Source of the DNA: Obrimoposthia wandeli
Lineage: Eukaryota
Assembly: GCA_977020255.1 (NCBI GenBank)
Contig: CDROCS010001058.1
Span: 124,001-188,000, forward strand
Length of the DNA stretch: 64,000 nt
Direction of reading: 5' to 3'
Part shown: piece after piece, positions 12,286 through 24,240 of the stretch
How the letters are laid out: each line of letters begins with the position of its first letter
Position numbering within the stretch: position 1 is the stretch's first letter
Program-made: the position numbers and the translations under genes
Notes under the pieces: generated by a model
Told to the model about the DNA's origin: nothing
Database searches by the model: none
Seen by the model: only the letters and a program-made list of their open reading frames with translations

Positions 12286-12859
12286 TTAGTATATAAATGG
12301 GTACATAAATAGCATTTCTTAAATTATATTATGAATTATGTAAATCAATATTTTCAATAATTAATGAATCAATTTATTACAAAATAATAATTAATATTTT
12401 CCTATAATCCGTATGTAACATAACAGAAATTACTTATGTCACAAGTATTTAAATTAAGGAACAAATTTCTATCGTCTACCTGAATTAACGTTAACGTTAA
12501 TTTTACTGTTTTAAATCTTGTTGTTTAACTCTTAGGAATATTTTTAGAATCACAGGATATTTTAATATCAAATCTCATTATTTTTAAATAAGTATGATAA
12601 AAGTGTATATGCATTTTATTATCTTGGGAATTGTAATTCAAATTATACCAGTTAGAAATTGTAATTATTTGAAGTACGAAAAAAGGAGTTTTTTATGTAT
12701 CAATTATATCAGAAAAATATTCTATTCTGTATTTAATCAGAAATGAAAGAAAAACGTATAGAAAGAGTAGTTCAAAACATATTTTTTAAAAATATAAATA
12801 TACATCACAACAAATCGCTAAAGTAAACCCAGAGATGATTTACAAAAAATATCAAGACA

Positions 12860-13070
12860 TGGAGTCGACGAATGACGTTGCGGTATAAAGGCTCCAGTGA
12901 TCGAAACACTATCTAGCCTACAAAACGAAACCAAACTTCTACTGCCATGGGTGTGTACTTGGTCGTGTTGTGTTCATTTTGTCGACGGGACACTTGAGGT
13001 CAAAAGGATGAAGCGGCACATGATCTCGTATGCAATCCGTGAGTCTGACCGAATAACAGTATGTCGCATT
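12860..13070 (-). pseudogene. Left part of the decayed non-LTR retrotransposon interrupted by the Polinton
   Basis: GC-balanced sequence that is continuous with 28868 onward once the TSD CGCATT is collapsed. No strong motif on its own. Confidence 0.35.
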
Positions 13071-13152
13071 AGTAGGTGGATGTGTCCGGTCTAATCCACA
13101 CCCCCTCCCCCCACTGTCCTTTAAAACCGTGTATGTGTGTGGAGTGAAATTT
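13071..13152 (+). repeat. Polinton left TIR (82 bp)
   Basis: Matches the reverse complement of 28785-28867 with two substitutions and one indel. Confidence 0.95.
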
Positions 13153-13226
13153 TCTACCACCCCACCCAACACTCAAAAAAAACTAATTAACCCCATATAA
13201 CACCGTTTAAAATTGAAAATCTCATA

Positions 13227-15027
13227 ATGCTCCCAAAAAAGTGAGGAAGGTCCAGAGAGGCCGTCTAGTTGGCCAAAGCGTGCCCTCCGGGCCCGCGGTA
13301 GTTTGACGAGCAATACATATACAGGGTCGCGAAAAAATAGTACTCGCACCAGACTCAGACGAGGAGCTATTCACCGATGACGTTCCGTCAGATGGTGAGG
13401 AGGACTTGACTCCATTCATCGACGAATGCATACAGCCAAGTATCGGAGCCCCAGGAGCCAACGATTCGATGGTGGCAGAATTGGACGAGGACGAGTGGCG
13501 CCTGTTCACCGACGATTGGGATGGTCTCACTCCCTCTACAACTCCAACTCCGATAGCCGACAATACGATGCCTGATTCGTTCAAAAGGTCGCAATCTCCG
13601 ATACGTCCTGTTAGGAGAATAAAGGCGACGAATGAGGTTAGTCTATTAATTTATTTAAAATGTTTTTTATTTTCATTTTTAGAAACTTCAACTGGATTTG
13701 GCACCGTCAGTGACCACGGTGGAGAGGCTGATTGAACTGCAGTACTAGGCGAGTCAATGTAGCCAGGATGATCTCAGGAGTGAGCAGCGATACCTACCTA
13801 TTCCGGCTAAATTTGAGGTAAATTATTATAAATTAGTTAATTATTTTAATTATTCACATAGGAAGCCGAATTGGTGGAGGAAATTTGGGAGGAGGCAACT
13901 CTCAGACTACCCGTCGATAGGAAACAAGCGGCGGTTAAGAAACCTCGACGCCATCGGGTCAAAACCCACACGGTCCATCGGAAGAAGACCAAGTTGGTGA
14001 AACAGGCTAACCTGCCCGTCATCGAGGTAAATTATTTATATTTTTAAATTTTATTTATGTTTTTTGTTGCAGGAACCAATACAATTAACTGAGGAGACAT
14101 GGGGCATAATTTCTCCTTTCCCGCAGAAGCGAACGAGGCGGGCTGCTGTACGGAAGACTAGGCGTCTTAGAAAGGCGAAATCTTGTCTGCTCAAATCGAC
14201 CGAAGTAACGATAGAGCGGCAGGAAAAACTTCCGTATCAAATTATTGAGGTAAATTTTTACATATTTAAATATTTTTTAAATAAATGAACTTTATTAAAA
14301 ATTTTATAAATGTTTTCTTTTGCAGGCACCTGTCCGGATAATTGAGGAGGCTTGGGGAGAAATTACTCATTTTACCTAGAAACGGGCGAAGCGAGCAGAG
14401 GTGAAGAAGATGAGGCGCTCGAGAAAATGTAAAACCTCAATTGGCCATTATTCTGAGGCGGTGATTGGACGGCAGGAGATTATCCCATCTCCAGTGGACG
14501 ACGGTCCAATTTTATACGAGAGGATCCCAGTCTCACCGATCGAGATTAGTCCGCCATCAAGTCAACGACACCTGCAGGAGACATCACCGGCTTCTCCTCG
14601 TCCAACAACCAGCTAGAACTTAAAGAGGGCCTGGGATGAAGCTGGTTTGGACGAATTCCTGGCGGAACTGGATACACCGGCAATGCTTTCAGATTCGCGA
14701 GGGCAACAGGATGCCGTCTCACGCCAGCTTCAGCGTGAGAAGGAGGAGAAACAGAAGAAAGCTCCGCGGAAGATGAAGGCTACTGCTTCTATGTCGGGGC
14801 CATCAACATCGGCTACACCTCCTCCCAAAATGTTGCGGCAACTATTGCCAAAACCTGAGGGAATTGCTACAAACCAACCGGTGAAGGCGAAAAAGAAACC
14901 GGGCCGGCCAAAGAAGAAGGAGCCAGTACCGCTTTCTCCAATAATACTTAGTCGGAGGGATTTCGATCCGGATGATCCCAATGATGACTTCGTAAAGATG
15001 TTTAAGAATATAATTTATAAAAATTAG
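13227..15027 (+). pseudogene. Five-exon Polinton accessory gene: acidic patch, repeated basic exon modules, AT-hook-like KKPGRPKKK, conserved C-terminal RRDFDPDDPNDDFVKMF
   Basis: GT-AG introns at 13637-13682, 13818-13861, 14027-14072 and 14250-14325. All are phase 0, all follow a GAG codon, and they join the exons in frame. A few premature stops and a probable 1-nt deletion near the start. Homologous copy at 35860-36900 (-). Confidence 0.78.
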
Positions 15028-15307
15028 TTTCATATGTTTTCTTGTTAATATTTATTTAAATACCATCTTTAAGTTTATTAAAATATCAAGATGAAAAAAA
15101 TAGTTAATTTATTCGACTGTTATTGGATTAATAAGGAATCATTTAAATTTTTTTAGGTTTAAATATAAATGCAATGATTAGTTATAGATTTATTAAACTT
15201 TCATTTGATACATAAAAATATATCATTTCATGGCTTGTGATTGGATTAAAAATGTCTTAAATTTATATATATAGGTTCAAATTTATTAACCTCTTCATAA
15301 TTAAAAA

Positions 15308-15615
15308 ATGGAATTCATTAAATTGCAAAGTTTGGTAATGAAGATAGAAGCAAACATCAGAATAAATGAGAAGAAAGGGGACTTAAGAAAGAGGGTCCTC
15401 AATCAAAATTTGTATGCTGCTGTCGCGTCCGAGTGGAATCGAGGGTGGAGATACAAGATAGGAGGCTAGCAGAACGACGTCGGATCGTGGAGTGGAATAA
15501 GAAGATCGAATTGGAAAAAAGGAAGGTGGATGAAAAAAGAAGAGAAGAGATGGAAGATGTTCGGCTAGCAGCAAGAAAGAGAATCCTCCAAATTAAACCG
15601 GAAGAGTCCGTTTAA
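15308..15615 (+). pseudogene. Small charged, coiled-coil-like Polinton ORF (frameshifted)
   Basis: MEFIKLQSLVMKIEANIR... continues after a frameshift into ESRVEIQDRRLAERRR. Homologs on - at about 35280-35495 and 38500-38570. Confidence 0.55.
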
Positions 15616-15749
15616 AAATAATTTTTTTGATTATTATTTTGTCTTTATTGATTAGGTTACATAATTGTCTAAATATTTTACATAATTGTCTAAATATTTT
15701 ACATAAGCATACTAAATATAAACAATTTTATATATAATGTTTTTGTAAA

Positions 15750-15972
15750 ATGGATAATAAAAATTGGAATAAATTATACATTAAATTATCTCCAGATTTA
15801 AAGGAAGAATATAAAAAAAAATATTTTTCAGAAAATGATACTGAGGAAATTGTTGGATATAAATTATGTAATTTAATTTCGAAATATTTAGGTATGTTTA
15901 CATTTAATATAATTTATTTAAATATTCATAGGAGAATTGACAATATATACCAATCTTAACATGAAAGACTGA
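15750..15972 (+). CDS. Small two-exon Polinton ORF of unknown function
   Basis: MDNKNWNKLYIKLSPDLKEEY...KYL, then a 40-nt GT-AG intron (15892-15931), then in-frame GELTIYTNLNMKD*. Homolog on - at about 35040-35125. Confidence 0.5.
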
Positions 15973-16779
15973 ATCCTGAGTACTTTGTTATTTTAATAAA
16001 TTTTTGATTAATGATTTTTTTCGTTATAAACAACGGGATTTGCTGCAAATTTAGATAATTATGCAGGAATATATCATAGATTTTGAGTCTTTCATTAACA
16101 AAAATGGTGATTATATTATAAAATAATTATGTATTATGGATGTATGCGACGTTTTTCATCCTTTGCATTTCATATTTCAAATAGATATCCCGTTTAAAAG
16201 TTTAGATTCTAAGAAAAAATTTACTAATTTATATCTAACTAATTACTTTTATTTATTAAAATGGAAAGAAGGACATAAGGCTTTTTGTGAAATATGTATT
16301 TTCGATACAATAAAATCTAATTTTGATATAGAAAATGGAATTTTTTATGTTTTAGATGAAATGGATGGCAAAAAGTAAAAGACTTTAAAAAAATATTTTC
16401 CCAAATTGAGGTTGAATACTTTAAATATTTCACGTGATCATCTATTAAAAATTCCACGAAATATTTGCTGTCCATATCGTAATCATGGTGACCATTGCGC
16501 ATATAAAAAATGTTTAAGTCTATCTTATTATTATTTGACATGTATATAAACAATTCTTCTAATTGGAGGAATTCATTATTAAAATTGTACAACTAATTAC
16601 AAATAAGCCTTTTGATTGGAGGAATAAAAATATTTTTTTCAACCAATAACAGATAAACAATCCTTTTCAGTGGAGGGATAAATTCAATTTTTTAATCCAA
16701 TAGGAAAAGAGCATGTGTGCATAAATTTTAGTATATAAGCAAACACTTTCTTCATTTAAATCCCCGACTATTTGAAACA

Positions 16780-17948
16780 ATGAATATGGTAAGAATCTAT
16801 ACTTATTATTTCTTTATTAATATTTATTATTTCAGATTACTTGTATCCTGTTTCCAGCATATTGTGGTGCTTCATCTCCGCATGGAGGAGAGACCTGCAT
16901 GAGATAATGTCCGCCTACTATCGGACAAAGTCTCACGAGCTTCACTTCTTCGTCTGCCCCTTCTGCAGAACAATGTAGGAGAAGGAGTTTCGAGACTTCT
17001 TCGGTGAACATCGAGCTCATCTATCCTGTTTCACGGCCAACAACAAGAAGAGGGATTAATGCGTGATTCGCAGGCCGCTCCAGCACCTGCTCCAATTCCA
17101 GTTGCAGTGATTCCATCCGTTTACGGTCCTGCCATTGGTCCTTCTCTCACGGCTCCTGATTCTGCTACTGCACCATCCACTCAAATGACTAACAATGAGT
17201 GGATGAATGACATCTCCCAGGAAGATTTTGAGGAGATGGCGCCAGCAACCCAATTCTCAAACAATGACTGGATGGAAAATATTACCCAGTCAGATTTCGA
17301 GATGGAGCAGCCTCAGTGGAGCGACAACAGCTGGTTGGAGACCATAGAGGAATCCGATTTCGTCGAGTTCACGGACGATAGCTGGATGGATTCTGTCAAT
17401 GAAGAGGACTTCCAACCAGCTACAGTTGGATTGCCTTCATTAGGTATTTTTTATTATTATTTTTCAGATTATTTTTTAAAATTGTAATTATATATATATT
17501 ATTTTTAATTAAATATATATTATTGGAATTATATATATTTTATTATTATTTTTTATTCAGGAAATACCGTGATACAGCCGTCATCCGCTACGACAGCTAT
17601 GCCTCCACCATCACGAGTGCCTAGATCGATGTTAGCACGTCTTAGAGGTAATAATATTTAAAAATATATTTATTTTTTAATATATTTATTTCAGCAGCAT
17701 CAACTTCTACAACAGCCGCTTCTTCATCGGCAATGCCAGCTACTACCTCAGCTACTCCAATTTCAAATGCAGCTTCTACAACTGACATTGACTCATCATT
17801 TGCGGCAGCATCGTTTACTACAGCTGCGATTGCCTCAACATTGGCAGCACCTACTACAGCAGCTCTTTCCACATCAGCAGCGATTGCCTCAACATCGACA
17901 TTTAATATAAATAGTTGTCTTCCCGTTCAATTAGAGCGAGTTAAGTAG
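16780..17948 (+). pseudogene. Spliced leader gene: CxxC/His motif, PAPAP linker, four acidic W(M/L)xx(I/V)xxxDF repeats, Ser/Thr/Ala-rich exons; probable N-terminus of pPolB
   Basis: Introns at 16789-16835, 17444-17560 and 17648-17694. The last two join ORF 17059 and ORF 17733 in frame. Homologous exon boundaries are present in the copies at 5.5-6.4 kb and 33.0-33.8 kb. Confidence 0.72.
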
Positions 17949-20900
17949 TGGAACGACTCTAGTTAGAATTCACGATATTAGCTTTGTTATAACAAAGTTC
18001 ACTGACATGATATATCTTTCGGGGAGTTCATACATTCCTTCACCTAAATCTCTTCAACTTTCACGTTCCATTGTTAACGTACAAAACAGTGATAACCTTT
18101 GCTTTCTGTATAGCGTGTTGGCCATCCTCAAAAGGGGTGTAATTACTGAACATAGAGAGCGTGTCAGTAAATATACCCCTTTTTTAAATGAATTGCAGTA
18201 TCATGGAATAGATTTTCCTGTTAAATTAACGGTGATATCAAGATTTGAACATCTTAATAACTGGAATATTAATGTATTCAAATATAATACTGATATCCCA
18301 GTTAATGTAACAGATGAGGAAATATTTAAAAATCCTTTTGTAGATGTAATTTGTAGGAGCAAAAATGAGGCGACTCAGGTCAACTTAATTTTGCTCGAAC
18401 AGAATAAAAAATTCCATTATGCTGCAATTCCCAATTTAGATCGTCTTCTAAATTTAGATAATGGAGCCTCACCGGTTAGGATAAGGTGTAAGTGGTGTCA
18501 TAGATGTTTGCATGGGTTCCGATCCGAGCTCTCTTACAGCAAACATCTGACATTATGTTCACTGAATCCTGATGACAATACGCTATATAGCATGCCTAAG
18601 GATAAGGATTTAAAATTCAGGGATTGGGCAAAATGCATACCCGTGGAATTCAAGGTGTATGCAGATTTTGAGTCAATTCTAGCATTGCACAACTAGTATG
18701 AGAGTATTCACCTACCGGCTTCGACAGGACTACTATTCTTAGGCCCCAATATTACACAGTGTCATAAATTTTCCGGTCTAAATTGTATTTTAGATTTTAT
18801 GTTAAAATTAGAAGAATTAGGAACAACAATTGTCAAACCGTGGTATGATCTTAATGCTCATCAAGCAATGATTATGACAGGCATAGACTGGGTTAATTTT
18901 AATTCTTGTAGATTATGTTATTTGTGTGGAACCCAGTCTAAGTTAGTCAGAGATCACGATCATGTTAAGGGGCGATACTTGGGAGCGGCGTGCAACCTCT
19001 GTAACCTTGGCCGTCGTCTCCCTAAAAAACCACGAATTCCCATCCTATTTCATAACCTCAAAGGATATGATTTGCATCATATACTTAAATATGCATTGGG
19101 TACATTAAGCTCTTGGGAAATTTCATGTATACCTCAAACTTCAGAGAAATATTTATCTTTAACTGCATATACTGAATTCTGTAGTTTAAGATTCATAGAT
19201 TCTCTGCAGTTTTTGAGGGGGTCTTTAAAAAATTTAACGGCATCTTTAAATGCATGGCCAATCACACAGTCAGTGTTCCCAGCTTTGGTTAACGATAAGG
19301 GGATTTTTCGCATAAATTTGCAAAAATCTTTGCAGATTTAGAACATACTACAGAAATCCCACCCATAACTGAATTTGAAGGTGTAAGTCTTCAAGACTAT
19401 AATAAGGCCCGTACATTTTGGGCGAATATTTGTTGAAATCTTTTAGAATATATGCTTTATTATATGAAGTTAAACATTTATCTTTTAGCTGATGTTTTTG
19501 AGTCCTTTCGTGTAAAATCTTTAGCAGAAGATGGGCTAGATCCAATGCATTTCTTTAGTTTACCTGGTCTTTCATGGGCAACAGCAATAAAAACTCTTAA
19601 AATTAATATCGAGTTATGGCTAGATCCCGCGATGTATCAAATGTATGATTATGGTATACGCGGTGGAATGACTTTTGTCAACAAACATCATGTTGTCAAA
19701 AATCAATCCACGGAGATTCTGTACATCGACATTAATAATTTGTATGGGTGGGCGCTTACTCAACTTCTACCTCATGCCAACTTTAAGTGGATTTATGACG
19801 AGGAAGAGTTGAATAAGTTGATGACAGATTTGGCTACTGTTGATACAGTTTCATCAGACATCGGCTATTTGGTTGAGGTTGACTTAACAATCCCTTCCAA
19901 AGTGCATGATAAATCAGATGATCTTCCAGTAGCGCCTGTTCATCAATGCCCACCTAATTCAAAGGTTAAGAAATTATTGTTAACCCATGAAGACAAGGTG
20001 AATTATGTTGTGCATTGGAGGCTTCTTCAATTCTACTTAAAGTTGGGAGCGAAAGTTACTCGAATTCATCGTGCTATAAGCTTCAGTCAAACCTTTGTGT
20101 TTAAAGACTATATTGAGAAGAATTCTAGAAAACGTAATTTGGCCACTAGCAAATTCGATCGGACTTTTACAAGTTAAAAAGTAATAGCCTCTTTGAAAAA
20201 ACTGTAGAGGACTTGCGGAAACGTATTTGTCTACGGTTTTGCAATGATGAGCGTAAATTAATAACATATACTAGCAAGTACAACTTCAAGCGTAGTTTTA
20301 CAATTGCAGATGACTTGGTAGCAGTGCTATTAGGAAAACAGAGTATTTGTCTCGATCGACCGAGTTATATAGGTCAAACGGTTTTAGACATTTTTAAACT
20401 CAGAATCTACGAGCTTCAATACATAGAATTAGAGAAATATCGACGAGAATTCAATTGTGAGATCAAAATCGCAGCTGGGGACACTGACTCTTTCTTTTTA
20501 GAATGTAAAAATGTTAGTTTAGATAATCAATTATTACCGGCAATGTTTAGGGACAACTTACTTAATACCCATAAATATCCCGCTAACCATCCTCTACATT
20601 CTATGAGTTTAAAGGATATTATCGGAAGATTTAAGGATGAAAGCGAGGGACAGGTTTCGTATGATGATTGTATTTTCCTACGCCCTAAATGCTACAGTTT
20701 ACATGCATCTAATAATACATGTTCAATGAGAGCTAAGGGTGTGGGAAGAAACAATCTTACACATGAGGCCTACCAGAAAGTTTATGATACTGGGTGTATT
20801 GAAAGCGTTGAGCAAACTAGATTTATTTCAAGAGCCCATCAACTGTATTCCCATAAATCAACCAAAATCGCTTTGAGTAGTAATGACGACAAGCGCTTTT

Positions 20901-20989
20901 GGGTAGAAAAGAACGCTAGCCTGGCTTATGGACACTTCAGAATTACAAAAGGTTTTCATTTTTTTGATTTTTTTAGTTTAGTTTTTTAA
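17945..20989 (+). pseudogene. polB: Protein-primed family B DNA polymerase (pPolB), broken by one nonsense codon and two frameshifts
   Basis: GSSYIP..IVNVQNSDNLCFLYSVLA (terminal-protein region); YADFES (ExoI); HNLKGYDLHHI (ExoII); CYLC..VRDHDH..GAACNLCN (EndoVII-like insert); LADVFESFR (ExoIII); YIDINNLYG (motif A); KSNSLFEK (motif B); GDTDS (motif C); FLRPKCY. Confidence 0.95.
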
Positions 20990-21211
20990 AATTTTAGATC
21001 CCTATGGCACCTTGACTCTAACTTTTTGTTATTTCAAAACATTTTTTAGGTTGGACCTTATCTTTGCTGACAGATCTCATTGTGATGTTGTGTTTAATAA
21101 ATGTATTAAAAAAATTTCGTCTTATGTCTTTTATTATTTTACCCTTATATTTTTAGAGATTTAAAAAATAATTCAAAATAAAACATTAAAAATATTTATT
21201 TTTATAACACA

Positions 21212-21594
21212 CTAATCGTTTTGCAACGATAACCATAAAATACATAAATATCCACAGTTTCTCGTCGCAGGATCCTGATATTGTATCTTATTGTAAAATA
21301 CTCTTCTTCGTCCTTTTAGAATAGTTGAAACAAGTTTGATAATGGATAATACATTGCAAGTGGATCAAATACATGTATTGTCCACTCTCTAACATAAATA
21401 GCTATCCAATGTTCTCCTGGTAAATTCGAAGTATGAGTATTGATAATGTAACCTCCAGATTGAAAAAATGGAATCATATCAATAGGATAAACTCCATTGA
21501 ATTTATCACCCAGGACCTTCTCTGCTGATTCTTGTACTTGTACTGAACTAAATAAAAATTAATAAATATAAATTTAAAAAATGTCTTACTTCAT
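21212..21594 (-). pseudogene. Adenain-like cysteine protease with a 42-nt intron after codon 2 (one frameshift)
   Basis: ATG AA, then intron GTAAGA...TTTAG (21589-21548), then T TCA GTA CAA gives MNSVQVQESAEKVLGDKFNGVYPID...INTHTSNLPGEHWIAIY...FDPL. After the frameshift: QYQDPATRNCGYLC. Catalytic His, Asp, Gln and Cys are visible. Confidence 0.88.
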
Positions 21595-21595
21595 T

Positions 21596-22821
21596 CTATA
21601 ATATGACAGTTCTGTTTTTATTGATTTGTATTTCCGAATCAAACACTCCGTAAATAAGCACCGTAGTAGGATGTGTTAAAGCTGCATTGAACTTAATTTC
21701 TAGTCGTAAATTTCCATCCTTTGGTAGTTGGCATTGGTTTATATCAAAGTCTGGTACCAAAACAAATGTGAAGAAGGGGCAGCTGCTTTTAAACTCAGTG
21801 AAAGAAATACCATTGTTTATATTTTTATCTAGTTGGCTCAAATTCCAAACAATATATTGCGTATAAGCCAAAGCATAAGCATTACCTTCGAAATCTGTTT
21901 TATATGTTTCGCGATAATCAGTATTTCTTGAAAGTGTCACTGAACCTACATTAAGATTCTCAAATTGAGTTTCATCTGTCGTATAATCTCCTAGATACTT
22001 TGCAGTTTTTTGAAAAGAAATTAAAATGAATTTCGGTAATTTTACATAACCAAAATTTGATCCTTATTAAAAGCTTGTGTACCCGTACCTAATGAGTAGG
22101 ATATAAGTTTAGTTTCTCTAATAGGATAACAAGCATTGTTTTTTTCCATTCCTATATTATGTGCCATTAAAACTGATTGCTCGGTTTTAACTCTTCGGAC
22201 ATACAATTTTTCATCCAAAATATCAAGTCTAGGTTTTAGAACGTCCGTGCTTATCAAAGAAAAATTCCATTTATTACGTTTCAAACGAAGATGTACATTA
22301 ACACCGGAAATTAAATATTTCGGTTGTTCAAAGAAATTCAATCTCAAAGACCCACACATTTCGTAAGCTTTAGAACCTGCAATCCATTCTTTCCGAGTTG
22401 CGACCGTTTTATCATAACGAATGGTTGCCAAATTGGTATTTTGAGTATCAGTACTATAATTCAAAAGACTTTCAATCAAAGCTTTATGAGCATAGGAAGA
22501 ATTTCCACCTTCAATTTTGACATTATTAAGAGTAACAATGGCATCACTAAATAAAGAATTAAAGAGATAATTTACAGGTGTTACATCTGCATTTTCATCT
22601 AAATTAGTGCCATCCCGATTTAATACTTTTATTTGAACATAAAGCAAAGTATCATTCAAATCTAAATACTCACTATTGGAACCATTAATATTAAATTCTA
22701 AATCAGTTAAAGTGGTTCCTGAAACTGAGTTAACTAGAAATATTTCTTCAAAGGAAGCATTATCTACAACTACTTGTGGAAGTGGTTTATAAAAATTACA
22801 CAATTCGGTTTTGGCGGAACT
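21596..22821 (-). pseudogene. Major capsid protein (double jelly-roll, hexon-like); start codon lost and one frameshift
   Basis: SAKTELCNFYKPLPQ..LEFNINGSNSEYLDLNDTLLYVQIKV..YAHKALIESLLNYS..QPKYLISGVNVHLRLKR..LPKFILISFQ..GNLRLEIKFNAALT..VLIYGVFDSEIQI, typical of Polinton MCP. Confidence 0.92.
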
Positions 22822-23198
22822 CTTTTTGCAAATATTGTTCCTTCAGCTTTCTTACGTTTGTTTATATTGATTTTTTGCTTATTTTTACTTTTAAATCCAC
22901 TACCTCCTTGGCTTTTATTTGATTTACGTTTTCTAATCAAATTAGCAACTTCAGGTAAAACATTATCAAGTTCATCAAGCGCATGCTTCTTAAAAGTTGG
23001 TATTAGTTTATTGTCCTTAGATGAAAGGTAGTCCTTTCCTAATTTTGATATAAATCGCCCGAATCTCTTTAAAAGAGGAAAGGCAAATCTACCTAATGTT
23101 CTAAGCCAGCCAGATCCGTATTGTTTACCAACAAAATATGGTAATTCTCCACCTTGTTGGCTTTGACTATAAGCTTCAATTATTGCTGGATTCGCCAT
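22770..23198 (-). CDS. Putative virion core / membrane-active protein with QxG(G/S) protease-cleavage-like motifs
   Basis: SQQGGELPYFVGKQYGSGWLRTLGRFAFPLLKRFGRFI (amphipathic segment) and a basic C-terminus. Homolog at about 52640-53030. Confidence 0.75.
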   Translation of the reverse strand: MANPAIIEAYSQSQQGGELPYFVGKQYGSGWLRTLGRFAFPLLKRFGRFISKLGKDYLSSKDNKLIPTFKKHALDELDNVLPEVANLIRKRKSNKSQGGSGFKSKNKQKININKRKKAEGTIFAKRVPPKPNCVIFINHFHK

Positions 23199-24240
23199 TT
23201 TGTTTTCTTAAATGTATTGTTAAACTTGTCTTGGCCCCGTACGTGAAATCTATTAGTTGTCCGGAATCATCTCTAATATTTACTTCAATATTGTTTATGG
23301 AAAAGAGAGAAACTGGAAGATACATTGGTTGATCTATACACATACCGACAGTGTCCCCATCTCTAGTTTCATTTTTAGATATCCATATTGTTCTCAAAAG
23401 TGGAACTCGCTGTCCTCCTACAAGCGTTGGTTCTATTAAATTAGTATAAATATATAAATGATTAACAGCATTTAAAAGTTTTGCATTATTTTTAGCTTTT
23501 ATGGTTTTTATTTTATGGGTTTCAAAGGTATTTCTGTTTAAACCAAGGTTTTTAGCGAGTTAATCAACAAATAAAACTCATATTATATTTCTCTTTACTG
23601 TAAACGTTATTTTACCATTTCTTAATGTTACACATTTATCGAAATATTCACTACATTCCTTCTGTATTAATTTACAGAAATTCACTTCACTATCTAATTT
23701 ATAATCTTTTGAAAACATTTTCAGTTCCACTACATACTTTGGTCTCGTTTCAACTAAAAACACTTTTGTTACTCTATCAGGAACATTTTTAAACGATTTA
23801 GATGAGGCTATATCAGATCTCTTCATACCTACTACATGTCCACTGTCAAAACCGAATTGAAGAGCTTCTCTATCAGATCCAAATATAATTTGAATAGGTT
23901 TTGAAAAATGTTTTAGTCGATTTTTAAATCTGACTTTGTTTTTTTCATATATTACTTTCACTACTTTATCTATACAATTGTAATAGAATTTTCCTTTACT
24001 ATCAAACCCAATCACAACTTCAATTGATTTTTCATGATCAACTTCTTTAGTAAACGAAATATGTGAGTTTTTCTTGATAGTAATTAGAGAATAATAAAAG
24101 GAAAATTCTGTTAAAGCCGCTTCCCATTCTCCTTGGAGATTTATAGGATTTTCCCAATCGATAATAAAGCTACTAGCGTAATTATCTGGTTGAGTATTTG
24201 GACATCCGTTACTAGGTAAAACCATATACATAGACTTCAT
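23176..24240 (-). pseudogene. Minor capsid protein (single jelly-roll, penton-like), disrupted
   Basis: MYMVLPSNGCPNTQPDNYASSFIIDWENPINLQGEWEAALTEF at the N-terminus; PMYLPVSLFSINNIEVNIRDDSGQLIDF..TSLTIHLRK at the C-terminus. Confidence 0.88.

Noticed and set aside
16960-16985. In-frame stop after CRTM shared by two diverged copies (TAG at about 16976; TAA in the 6.2-kb copy), suggesting programmed readthrough
   Set aside because: The third copy (about 33770, -) has ATG GAA GAC AAG GAG TAT CCG, a sense Glu codon at that position. Ordinary decay of GAR to TAR is sufficient.
21940-22045. Intron or programmed frameshift in the major capsid gene
   Set aside because: A single missing T (IFGYVKLPKF) restores the frame, there is no AT-rich GT-AG segment, and the second element's MCP breaks at different places.
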